Source of the DNA: Candidatus Bathyarchaeota archaeon | GTDB lineage: Archaea > Thermoproteota > Bathyarchaeia > Bathyarchaeales > Bathyarchaeaceae | Assembly (NCBI GenBank): GCA_030608565.1 | Contig: JAUWDY010000004.1 | Location: 14,103-78,102 of the forward strand | Direction: 5' to 3' | DNA length: 64,000 bases | Part shown: positions 43,479 to 51,969 of the stretch, in pieces | How the letters are laid out: every line of letters begins with the position of its first letter | Numbering within the stretch: position 1 is the first letter of the stretch | Position numbers and translations under genes: made by a program | Notes under the pieces: model-generated | What the model saw: the letters and a program-made list of their open reading frames with translations, nothing else | What the model was told of the DNA's origin: nothing | The model's database searches: none

Positions 43479-44675
43479 CTACCGGGTCATGGCTCTCTTG
43501 AACACCGGTACCGCGATTGTGGTCATGACTACTCCAAAGCCTATCAGCACGGCTAGCTCAGTGGTTATCATGGAGACGTTTGCTCCAAGCACCATAACCT
43601 TCCTCAGGGCTGTGGTTGCATATGTAAGTGGGAGAGCTTTTGAGATGCTCTGCATATACCAAGGCATCTGCTGTATCGGGAAGAACACGCCACTGAGGAG
43701 CATCATAGGGAACATCAAGGCCATCATCACCATCATAGCTGTCTCTTGATCCTTTGCAAAGGAGGTTATCACAACACCAAGGCCGACGAAGCTGAACACC
43801 CCTAGTAAGAGCAATGCAAAGATTAATAGAATGTTGCCGCGGATGGTCACGCCGAACAAAAACACAGCTAACACGAGTATAAGGGTGCCTTGAAGCATCC
43901 CCCTAGCCGTCTGGGCAAGCGTTTTTCCTAATATTACTGAAAGTCTGTTGATGGGCGCGACCATCATTCCGTCCAGCGTGCCCACCTCCCTCTCATGGGA
44001 GATAGCTGCAGGAAGCCCCGTCATGACGCTCATCATCACCGTCATAGCCATCAACCCGGGAGCTATGAAGTCAAAATAACTAAAATCTCCCAAAACGGCT
44101 CCCTCTGTCTGAACAATGTAGGGTTTCACGATCGCAAGAGAGTTGTTGGAGTTAACCGCTGGGTTTAGCCCCTGAACGTTCTGCTGTGCCAGCCACGTGC
44201 CCATCTGTTCAAGCACCTCCTTCAAAGCGATCTGCAGGAGCATGGACATCTGAGGGTTGGTTTGGTCGGTTACGATTGTGATGGCTCCCTGCTTTCCCGT
44301 CACGAGGCTTAAAGTGAAGTTGCTGGCGATTATTATTCCTCCTTCAACCTCTCCCGCCTGGATCATACTTCTTACTTCATCAAGGCTTGAAGCACTAGTG
44401 GTTGTCATCATATCCGTGCTGCTATTCATCGTCTCCAGGGCTGCGATGAGCGTTGCGCTCGCGCTGGGGTAGTTAGCATATCCCTCGTCCTGGTTCACTA
44501 GGGCGACGGATACGTGGCTTGTGGATGTGTTTGAGGGAAACATGAAGCCGGCCATGGTCATCATGAGTAACGGCATTAACACGAGCATAAGCAGCATCAT
44601 TCTGTTCCTAAACAACTCCATTAGGTCCTTCCAAGCAATCATAAGGCTGTGGGAGACCAAACTCTTAATGCCCAT
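43479..44675 (-). CDS. ABC-2 type transporter permease with large extracytoplasmic loop
   Basis: 398 aa with the same architecture as 23192-24454 (N-terminal TM, about 170-aa loop, 5 TM). Sits 5 nt downstream of its ATPase gene. Confidence 0.85.
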   Translation of the reverse strand: MGIKSLVSHSLMIAWKDLMELFRNRMMLLMLVLMPLLMMTMAGFMFPSNTSTSHVSVALVNQDEGYANYPSASATLIAALETMNSSTDMMTTTSASSLDEVRSMIQAGEVEGGIIIASNFTLSLVTGKQGAITIVTDQTNPQMSMLLQIALKEVLEQMGTWLAQQNVQGLNPAVNSNNSLAIVKPYIVQTEGAVLGDFSYFDFIAPGLMAMTVMMSVMTGLPAAISHEREVGTLDGMMVAPINRLSVILGKTLAQTARGMLQGTLILVLAVFLFGVTIRGNILLIFALLLLGVFSFVGLGVVITSFAKDQETAMMVMMALMFPMMLLSGVFFPIQQMPWYMQSISKALPLTYATTALRKVMVLGANVSMITTELAVLIGFGVVMTTIAVPVFKRAMTR

Positions 44676-44680
44676 TCAAC

Positions 44681-45682
44681 TCACCTCACCCTCGACCGCG
44701 GCATAGAATGCTTGTGCCTTCTCACTGGAATCTTCCGATCTGCTTTGTCTCTTACCTCGTGACCAGTGATGTATAAGAAGACGTCTTCAAGCGTGGGGTC
44801 AAGATTTTTTACCGAGTTTATTTTGCCCTTCTCAGCTCTTACGGAGTCTATAATGGTATCGAACGACTCGTCACCATTAGCGTGAACCTTGATATGGGTA
44901 GAGTTATCCTGAGAGACGGAATTGACGCATTTTAGGGACTGTATCAATGAAACCATGTTTGTGGTGAGATTCGCAATTTCCAGCTCCAAAACAGTTGTGT
45001 TGGCTCCCGAAACAAGCTTCTTCAAATTTGCTGATGTATCAAGTGCAATGATCTTCCCGTGGTCTATGATGCCTATGCGATCGCAGAGCATGTCAGCTTC
45101 AACCATCATGTGTGTTGTCAAAATGATTGTTGTCTTGTTCTCTCTATTGATCTTCTTTACAAATTCCCTGACTTCGACAGAGGACTGAGGATCTAGACCC
45201 AGTGTTGGTTCATCCAGTAGCAGCATCTCCGGCATGTTAAGCAGTGCCCTTATCACATTCATCCTCTGTCTCATACCCGATGAGAACGTGCCCACCTGAG
45301 AATTTTTCCAATTACTTAGCTGAACCAGTCTTAGCAGTTCGTCTATCCTCTCGTTGAGAACCTCCTTTGGGACGTCGTAGAGTCTTCCGAAAAACCACAG
45401 GTTCTCCTTAGCCGTTAACCGGTCGTACATTATTATCTTTTCAGAAACCAGACCGATGAGTTTCCTCACCTCGTTGTCATCCTTTACAATGTCGTAGCCA
45501 CCGATTGTAGCCGTGCCCTCTGTGGGTCTCGTTAATGTGGCGAGCATCCTTATGGTAGTAGTTTTTCCAGCTCCATTGGGGCCAAGCAAACCGAATATCT
45601 CGCCCTTCTTCACGTTGAAGGACACATGATCCACAGCAGTTAATCCATTAAATTTCTTCGTGAGGTTTCTGGTTTCGATCAT
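44681..45682 (-). CDS. ABC transporter ATP-binding protein (ABC-2/DrrA-like)
   Basis: Start taken at MIETRNLTKKF. Walker A GPNGAGKTT, signature FSSGMRQR, Walker B LLLDEPTLGLD, H-loop TTHMMVEA. Confidence 0.9.
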   Translation of the reverse strand: MIETRNLTKKFNGLTAVDHVSFNVKKGEIFGLLGPNGAGKTTTIRMLATLTRPTEGTATIGGYDIVKDDNEVRKLIGLVSEKIIMYDRLTAKENLWFFGRLYDVPKEVLNERIDELLRLVQLSNWKNSQVGTFSSGMRQRMNVIRALLNMPEMLLLDEPTLGLDPQSSVEVREFVKKINRENKTTIILTTHMMVEADMLCDRIGIIDHGKIIALDTSANLKKLVSGANTTVLELEIANLTTNMVSLIQSLKCVNSVSQDNSTHIKVHANGDESFDTIIDSVRAEKGKINSVKNLDPTLEDVFLYITGHEVRDKADRKIPVRRHKHSMPRSRVR

Positions 45683-45794
45683 CACGCCGCTTACCAAGAT
45701 AGACACCAACTGGTTATATGTAGTGGGAAACATCCAAGAGTCAGATATAATCTTTTCTTGCTCTGCATGCATGAACGTTAATCGATATTTTCAG

Positions 45795-45996
45795 TGAACA
45801 TTCATTTTTGAACTGTTCAGTTCTTGTGAATGGTTAAATTCACTCGGAGGAACAAAATTTAATGTTCAGAATAGGTGAAACGTGCAAAAAGGAACATTCA
45901 AAAACTGAGAGACAAAAGGATGGAACCGTATTCACTCTTTATTCGCGATTTAAACGTTTATTCTCTGTTTTCCGTTCTTTCCATTTTGAACATTCG
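45795..45996. promoter_or_regulatory. array of TGAACATTCA-like boxes and related palindromes upstream of the ABC-2 operon
   Basis: tgaacattca 45795-45804; tgaactgttca 45809-45819; gtgaatggttaaattcac 45826-45843; ttaatgttca 45859-45868 (reverse orientation); ggaacattca 45891-45900; tgaacattcg 45987-45996. Confidence 0.5.
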
Positions 45997-46146
45997 CAAA
46001 ATGATTCCTAACTACAAAGAAGGAATGATCATTCTCTGAAAATGAGCATCCTCTAAAACTAATGCATGCATGCAAAATGGTTGGTATGCTCAAATTTTTC
46101 CAATACAAGGATTCTAAGTGCACGCCAAAAAAGAAAAAGTGAACGG

Positions 46147-46569
46147 TTATTTTGGTTCTAACTCTTTGTGTTCTTTCAGCCATTTTGAAACTGCTTTGTA
46201 TATTGGATGTGCGCTGACATTAATTATCGGGACTTTTACATTTGTCTCTTTTATAATAATCACTTCTTTAAACTCAGGCATTAGTGCCCATTCTACTGAT
46301 GACCAATGAACCGAGCCTTCTAATTTTTCTTTGATGACATCCTTTGTTTCAAGCATCGTCGAACTAGAAAATACAAGCCCTCCCACCCAAAGTAAGGGGT
46401 CACCCAATCCACCCGGTTCCACACCTAAACTCTGAAGTTTCACCAAATCGTCTAAAGCATACTTGACTATTTCATGTATGACGATTTTTTTCCAAGGCTG
46501 GTAAACAACTTCCACCATTTTCAATCCCATTAATGACAGTTGAGAATCCTTTTTATGGTTTACTAGCAC
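46147..46569 (-). CDS. hypothetical protein
   Basis: 140-aa ORF with a plausible globular sequence. No motif recognised and the start is uncertain. Confidence 0.4.
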   Translation of the reverse strand: MLVNHKKDSQLSLMGLKMVEVVYQPWKKIVIHEIVKYALDDLVKLQSLGVEPGGLGDPLLWVGGLVFSSSTMLETKDVIKEKLEGSVHWSSVEWALMPEFKEVIIIKETNVKVPIINVSAHPIYKAVSKWLKEHKELEPK

Positions 46570-46715
46570 GTGCTAACTGTCTTGACCAAACGTTTCTTGG
46601 CTTTCACTAGATCACGCAAAATAATTCTAAGGGGATATCTTGCTTTAGCAACCATGCCTTAAGTGGACAAAAAGAGAGGATGATGTTGAAAATGTTTTCA
46701 CTGGTCCGTCAGATT

Positions 46716-47093
46716 CTATTTCGATTTCCAAAGCCCGTGGATGCTGCAGTATTCTCTTGCCTCTATGTTCTCCGCTGTGGTTTCGAACTCTGCTTCGGGC
46801 TTGTCTTCTGGTTCTAAGAATTTTCTGCAGGTTTTGCCGTCGGCGACTATTTCTATCCACTCAATGTAATGCTTTTGCTCCATGGGATGCGGAACACTGC
46901 CAACCTTAACCTTCACTTTGTTCCCGATCTTTTCTATTACTGGAACATGTTTTTCCAAGCCAACGTCTTCGATTTTTTCTGTAAGTAGTTCCATTGGTTG
47001 CCCGCAGCAGACGAGTTGTCCTACTCCGGTGTGTATGACTTCGACGATGTTGCCGCAGATGTTGCATTTGTAAATTTGCTTTAGTTCGGTCAT
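46716..47093 (-). CDS. dfx: desulfoferrodoxin (2Fe superoxide reductase)
   Basis: N-terminal desulforedoxin site [12 protein letters not shown]...LVCCGQPM. Centre II ligands HVPVIE...[13 protein letters not shown]...CSIHGLW. Confidence 0.9.
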   Translation of the reverse strand: MTELKQIYKCNICGNIVEVIHTGVGQLVCCGQPMELLTEKIEDVGLEKHVPVIEKIGNKVKVKVGSVPHPMEQKHYIEWIEIVADGKTCRKFLEPEDKPEAEFETTAENIEAREYCSIHGLWKSK

Positions 47094-47371
47094 TCGATTA
47101 TCTCCTCAACTTCTTCTTTACCTTTTTCCAACTCTTCAACTTGTTCCTTATCTTCTTTTAGCAGTAAGGTTTGAAACTCTCCTACATGCGTTTTCTCTTC
47201 TTTAGCCACATCAAGCAGAATCTTTTTGATGCCTTCGTTATCCGTCGCTGCTGCCAGTTGTTCATATAGGCTTATTGCGTCCAGTTCAGCTATCACTGCA
47301 ACTCTTAGTATTTCACGGTCCAGATACTTCTTCGAAACTTTCTCTAACTGTATAGGTATTTGGGATAACAT
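47090..47371 (-). CDS. small ferritin-like (EncFtn/rubrerythrin-diiron-like) protein
   Basis: 93 aa. [12 protein letters not shown] and [11 protein letters not shown] (ExxH) helices. Its stop overlaps the dfx ATG (translational coupling). Confidence 0.6.
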   Translation of the reverse strand: MLSQIPIQLEKVSKKYLDREILRVAVIAELDAISLYEQLAAATDNEGIKKILLDVAKEEKTHVGEFQTLLLKEDKEQVEELEKGKEEVEEIIE

Positions 47372-47552
47372 CTTCTCAAACCACCTTCTTGACTTTTACG
47401 TTCGCAACTATCTATTATTTTTTCTGTCAAGCATAAGAGTAAGCCTCAAACATGGCAGGACGTACGTCAACACATACTCCGTCGCCATTACATTCGTCAA
47501 GCCAACCTTAACATCTAACAGCTTCATCTTGCCTCCATCAATCCTGAATGTA

Positions 47553-48032
47553 TTATCCTCCGGGAGCCCCGTGAAATGGAACGTTCTTCCAGAGAACTTC
47601 CCACCAGTCTTCCTCGGTTATAGTTTCTCCTCGAACAAGAATTTCCAGAACTTCCTTCAAGAGTTGATGATGTCTTTTTTCATCCAGCGATATTGCGTTT
47701 AAGAGAAGTTTGACATTCTTGTTTTCAATGTTAGGCAGTACCTTGCTGATTTTTTTAATGAGCTCTGCTTCCATGTGCATATGCTTTTCCACAAGTTCTC
47801 TTTGCTTGTCTAGATTCTCTTGTGTGAGCGCAGGGAGAACGCTCGTTAGCAAACTAATGGCTGCACCGTACATTTCTGCATGTTTCAGGGAATCTAGGGA
47901 TATTCCTTTCAGAACTCCTTTCACAGCTGGATTTTCTATTTCACCTAAGGCTCCATTTACCGAATTTACAATCTCATTTTCAATGTTAACCTGCTTCTTC
48001 AGAAAGCCTACTAATTCATCCTTTGAAATCAA
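47553..48032 (-). CDS. ferritin-like (rubrerythrin/DUF2202-like) four-helix protein
   Basis: LDSLKHAEM, EKHMHMEAEL, LDEKRHHQLL motifs. Paralog of 26981-27451. Confidence 0.55.
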   Translation of the reverse strand: MISKDELVGFLKKQVNIENEIVNSVNGALGEIENPAVKGVLKGISLDSLKHAEMYGAAISLLTSVLPALTQENLDKQRELVEKHMHMEAELIKKISKVLPNIENKNVKLLLNAISLDEKRHHQLLKEVLEILVRGETITEEDWWEVLWKNVPFHGAPGG

Positions 48033-48067
48033 ACACTCACCTCCTTTTCTCTAATTGTTTCACGATT

Positions 48068-48592
48068 TTACGCTTGACTCTCCTTAGACGGCGCTGGGGG
48101 CGTAAACACACGTGCTGCAAGTTCTTTGTCGATCATAAACAGTCCATTACCTTCTTTTCCAACAAGTTTCAACTTAGAGATAATATCATTGTCGTTAGCT
48201 TCCTCTTCGATCTGTTCGGTAACAAACCATTGGAGAAAGATGTTCGTGGCATGATCCTTTTCCTTAACAGCAAGGTCAACGAGATCATTAATGCACTTTG
48301 TAATGAACCTCTCATGTTTCAGAGTTTTTTCAAACATATCTAAAGGCGATCCGAATTCTGCAGGTGGCTCTGCAACAGCCATGAGCTTTACCTGTCCGCC
48401 TTGGTCATTGATGTAGTCGTAGATTTTCATGGCATGTGTCATCTCTTCCTGATATTGAACCATAAACCAATTGGCAAATCCCTTCATTCCAATGAAGGTG
48501 CTGTGGGCAGACATGGACAGGTACAGATATGCTGAATAAAGCTCGTTGTTGATCTGCATATTCAGCGCCTTTACCATTCTCTTATTTAGCAT
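48068..48592 (-). CDS. ftn: ferritin (non-heme, FtnA-like)
   Basis: LNMQINNELYSAYLYLSMSA...FMVQYQEEMTHAMKIYDYI...FLQWFVTEQIEEE: ferroxidase-centre residues in the canonical spacing. Confidence 0.9.
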   Translation of the reverse strand: MLNKRMVKALNMQINNELYSAYLYLSMSAHSTFIGMKGFANWFMVQYQEEMTHAMKIYDYINDQGGQVKLMAVAEPPAEFGSPLDMFEKTLKHERFITKCINDLVDLAVKEKDHATNIFLQWFVTEQIEEEANDNDIISKLKLVGKEGNGLFMIDKELAARVFTPPAPSKESQA

Positions 48593-48607
48593 ATTGTCAC
48601 CTCCTTT

Positions 48608-49795
48608 TCAGTTTGTTAAGTTATGTTCTTTATGTTTGTTTAAGATTTCATCAGCTAATCTGTCTAACGCCCCAAAATCTTGTTCTTTTGGAAACCCTTT
48701 TATGACAACGGGCTCAAGCAACTCAACCTTTAGGTTAGGCAGCATCCGTGTTATTTGTTCCACCATCTTGCCACCCCAGCCATAAGACCCGATTATTGAT
48801 GCAAACTTCAGTTTCGGCCTCAGAGCATTTGCAAGGTAAACCGCATAAACAACATTTGGATGTGGTCCAACTAAGACTGTGGGTGATCCTATCACAATTG
48901 TAGCGGCGTCCACTAATGCCATTGCTAATTTTCCAATATCTGTTTTGGCCAGATTGAATTGTTTCACGGTTATGCCTCTTTCAACCAAAGCAGCAACGAA
49001 GTATTCCACCATCTTCTTGGTGCTACCGTGCATTGAAATGTATGGCAATACAACGATGTTTTTAGGCGGGGCATAAACCCAATCTTTGTACGCTTCAAGT
49101 ATGAACTCTGGCTTATCATATAGCGGACCGTGACTTGGCGCTATCACATCTATTTGTATATCTCTTATTTTCTCTAGATTCTTCTGAATTACCGTTTTAA
49201 ACGGCATCATAATCTCCGCATAATACCTCTTAGCCGCCTCGTAAACTGTTGCTTCATCGGTTACATACAAATCAGATGTTGCAAGATGAGAACCTAAGAA
49301 ATCGCAGGTGAAGAGTATCTTGTCTTCCCTTAAGTATGTGAGCATTGTTTCTGGCCAATGAACCCAAGGAGCATGGATAAACTCTAAGGTTTTATCCCCC
49401 AACGAGAGGGTTCCCCCGTCTTCTACAGTCACAATTTTGCTTTCAGGAATCAGGAGCAGGTCCATGAGCAGCCTTTTACATTTAGGAGTTGCAACAACCA
49501 GGGCATTTGGATACATCTTTAATATTTGAGGCAGTGCCCCTGAATGATCTTGTTCCGCATGATTTGCAACAACATAATCTATGTTTTTAACATCTAGCTG
49601 ATTTAGGTTATCTATCAGCACACTTGCCATAGTTGGGTCAACAGTGTCTATCAGAGCCGTTTTTTCGCTGCCCTTGACTAGATAAGCGTTATAACTTGTT
49701 CCATCAGGAAGCGGAATAAGCTCGTCAAAAAGTCGCCTATCCCAATCTACCGCTCCAACCCAGTGAATGTTTGCCTTTAGTTCCCTCGGCTTCAT
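48608..49795 (-). CDS. fprA: flavodiiron protein (FprA, A-type flavoprotein: metallo-beta-lactamase-like plus flavodoxin domains)
   Basis: NSYLV-type start (YNAYLVKG), HAEQDHSGALP (HxExDH), then C-terminal flavodoxin-like VVLPYISMHGSTKKM. Confidence 0.9.
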   Translation of the reverse strand: MKPRELKANIHWVGAVDWDRRLFDELIPLPDGTSYNAYLVKGSEKTALIDTVDPTMASVLIDNLNQLDVKNIDYVVANHAEQDHSGALPQILKMYPNALVVATPKCKRLLMDLLLIPESKIVTVEDGGTLSLGDKTLEFIHAPWVHWPETMLTYLREDKILFTCDFLGSHLATSDLYVTDEATVYEAAKRYYAEIMMPFKTVIQKNLEKIRDIQIDVIAPSHGPLYDKPEFILEAYKDWVYAPPKNIVVLPYISMHGSTKKMVEYFVAALVERGITVKQFNLAKTDIGKLAMALVDAATIVIGSPTVLVGPHPNVVYAVYLANALRPKLKFASIIGSYGWGGKMVEQITRMLPNLKVELLEPVVIKGFPKEQDFGALDRLADEILNKHKEHNLTN

Positions 49796-49802
49796 TTCCT
49801 AT

Positions 49803-49964
49803 TTATTCCACCTTTTCAAACTGATCTTTCGTTACTCCGCAAACTGGGCAGACCCAGTCATCCGGCAGTTCTTCAAACGGAGTTCCAGATGGTATTCCAG
49901 AGTCAGGATCACCCTTCTCTGGGTCGTATATATACCCGCAAACAGTGCATCTGTATTTGATCAT
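49803..49964 (-). CDS. rub: rubredoxin (53 aa)
   Basis: Own translation: [53 protein letters not shown] (CxxCG...CPxCG). GGAGG lies 8 nt upstream of the ATG. Below the ORF-track cutoff. Confidence 0.9.
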   Translation of the reverse strand: MIKYRCTVCGYIYDPEKGDPDSGIPSGTPFEELPDDWVCPVCGVTKDQFEKVE

Positions 49965-49965
49965 T

Positions 49966-50484
49966 TTATCGCCTCCTTTCTTCTTTTATGTAAGTTGGAG
50001 CCGCCTTAGGAGTCACACCCCTCTTCATATCATGGTAATAAGCATAAGTCATAGGTTCATCATTAGCTAAAATTTCGGCATCAACCAGTTTACCAATAAA
50101 AATGATGTGTGTATTTGCATCAACTTCTCTAATCACTTCAGCCTCTACGTATGCAACTGCATGATCCAAAACTATTGGTGCACCAGTTCTGCCAACTTTA
50201 TAATTTATTCCTTTGAATTTGTCTATGTCCCTTCCAGATCTGAATCCGAAATGACCTATAAACTTCAATGGCGTATTCTTTGAAAGAACCGAAACGGCAA
50301 AGGCGTTGCTTTCTCGGATAAACTCGTTCGTGAAGTTCTGCTTATTAATACTCACCGCTATTGTTGCAGGTTCAGATGTTACTTGAAATACCGTATTGGC
50401 AATCTGACCGTTAAAACTATCACTTTTTCTAGAAGTTACGACATACAAGCCGTAACTTATTTTATGCAAAGCTTCAAGATTCAT
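49966..50484 (-). CDS. flavin reductase-like FMN-binding domain protein (flavoredoxin/Hrb N-domain-like)
   Basis: [11 protein letters not shown]....[24 protein letters not shown] is typical of the flavin reductase (Flavin_Reduct) fold. 172 aa. Its stop lies 1 nt before the rubredoxin ATG. Confidence 0.8.
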   Translation of the reverse strand: MNLEALHKISYGLYVVTSRKSDSFNGQIANTVFQVTSEPATIAVSINKQNFTNEFIRESNAFAVSVLSKNTPLKFIGHFGFRSGRDIDKFKGINYKVGRTGAPIVLDHAVAYVEAEVIREVDANTHIIFIGKLVDAEILANDEPMTYAYYHDMKRGVTPKAAPTYIKEERRR

Positions 50485-50531
50485 GTTTCAACCTCAAATT
50501 AATTTGAGATATCCTACGTCATTCATCTTTG

Positions 50532-50957
50532 TCATCCTTTTACATGCTTTAGATTATAACTTATTTTCACACCAGCCTGCTCGAAAAGTTTCCCAACAGG
50601 ACAGTTTTCGCGAGTTAGTTCAAAAATTCTTTGAATTCTGTCTTTTCTAGCATCACTTTTCACGGTTATGTTAAATTTAGCTGAGGCTACTGTGCCAGTT
50701 GCTTCAGATTTTAGGGCGCGAAGCTCAACTTCCAAATCTTTCAGCTGAATCCTCATCTTTTTTGCAGTTAATGAAAAAATAGTGGCAAAGCATCCAGCGA
50801 AGCTCATAACTCCAAGCTCTAGAGCAGTGGGCCCCATATCTGTGCCGAGTTCAGGTGGTAGATCCAAACAAACGCTGTGAGCTCTTCCGTTATCAACTGC
50901 CACTCTTAAATCCCGTATGAGTTTAGCTTTTGAAACTATAGAATTCAAACACTTCAC
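50532..50957 (-). CDS. OsmC/Ohr-family peroxiredoxin-like protein
   Basis: GPTALELGVMSFAGCFATIF and RENCPVGKLF: the two conserved Cys contexts of OsmC. Confidence 0.75.
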   Translation of the reverse strand: MKCLNSIVSKAKLIRDLRVAVDNGRAHSVCLDLPPELGTDMGPTALELGVMSFAGCFATIFSLTAKKMRIQLKDLEVELRALKSEATGTVASAKFNITVKSDARKDRIQRIFELTRENCPVGKLFEQAGVKISYNLKHVKG

Positions 50958-51045
50958 CTCCTTCTTTACTTACCGTTTTTTCCTCACATGTTTCATTTTC
51001 ATTGTTCTTTGTTCTAATTTAAACACCATTCTACAACTTAAAAAC

Positions 51046-51258
51046 CTAGAGGACTAGTACGAAGCTCTTTCTGCATAGGAACCAGTCTACGCATTCACAG
51101 CCTTCTTGAAGACGTTTTTCCGCTACTTCCTGCGTCGCCGTTGGAGGAAATATAACGTCATCACATGGTTTCCAGTTTGCTGGAGTAGCAACTTTATATT
51201 TATCCGCAGTCTGCAACGCATCCACCCATCTTAAAATCTCCTGCATGTTTCGCCCAGC
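51046..51258 (-). pseudogene. C-terminal remnant of an archaeal-type 2-Cys peroxiredoxin
   Basis: AGRNMQEILRWVDALQTADKYKVATPANWKPCDDVIFPPTATQEVAEKRLQEGCECVDWFLC matches the Prx C-terminus (GRN.DEILR.V.ALQ......VA.PANW.PGD.VI.PP....E.A..R.....C.DWWFC). A TAG stop lies immediately upstream (51261-51259). Only about 50 nt remain before the next gene, so the first roughly 150 residues with the peroxidatic Cys are absent. Confidence 0.7.
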
Positions 51259-51311
51259 CTACTCCAGACAAGTCCCTTTCCAAGAAAAGGTGTTAGCGCA
51301 CGATTGCATCC

Positions 51312-51710
51312 TTAGTTTTTGTCCTTTCTATACTGTTCAATCGCCTTTCTAAAGGTCCTTTTAGCCAAACAAGCACAATGGATTTTCTGTTTTGGAATAC
51401 GCCCGAGATGCTTCATTATATCTCCTTCATCAATTTTTTCCGCTTGTTCCAAAGTCTTTCCTTTTACCAGTTCCATCAGCGCAGAACCAGATGCAAAAGC
51501 CCCAGCACACCCTATTGCCTGAAACTTCGCATCCTTTATCACGTTAGACTCTATTTTCAGAAAAATCTCCATAGTGTCACCACACGGACCAGTATACGCA
51601 CAACGAACACTCGGATCTTTTATCTCCCCAACATTTACCTTTCCTATGTAATATTCTATTGCTCTGCTCGAATATCCTGATTTCTTCAATAATTCTCTAA
51701 CTTCACTCAT
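51312..51710 (-). CDS. second IscU/NifU-N-like Fe-S scaffold protein
   Basis: YTGPCGDTMEIFL, FQAIGCAGAFASGS, IHCACLAKRTF: the three-Cys IscU pattern. Confidence 0.8.
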   Translation of the reverse strand: MSEVRELLKKSGYSSRAIEYYIGKVNVGEIKDPSVRCAYTGPCGDTMEIFLKIESNVIKDAKFQAIGCAGAFASGSALMELVKGKTLEQAEKIDEGDIMKHLGRIPKQKIHCACLAKRTFRKAIEQYRKDKN

Positions 51711-51969
51711 TTATTACGCCTCAACTTTCTTTCCGTTTAATTTCCTCTTGCAGTAGACGCAACAACTGATTACTTTGGAAGGTTACATAAAAGTTTGGTG
51801 CGTGCGCGATACTGTCAAGTCTTCTCATCAAAACGAATCAGATTCCAACGTCAATTGAGATTCATTTGCTTCAAACAAACTAGCGCGCGCAGAGGAGTAA
51901 CCGATAAAAACTGAGAACTTGAATACTTCTCCTCTAATTTAAGTTACTTCAGAAGATGGTGGCTACCGT

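Noticed and set aside
45683-45772. ABC ATPase start at the ATG inside the gcATGcATGaa tract (45772)
   Set aside because: ABC-2 ATPases normally begin a few residues before the first beta strand (MIETRNLTKKF). The 30 extra residues are not conserved-looking, and the ATG is simply part of the (CATG)n tract.
29231-46074. Integron-like cassette array with the (CATG)n tracts as attC sites
   Set aside because: attC sites are 60-120-nt imperfect hairpins with an R/L box structure and are accompanied by an IntI integrase. Here the elements are 8-24-nt simple tracts, the modules are multi-gene operons on one strand, and no integrase is present. The cassette-like geometry is reported, but not as an integron.
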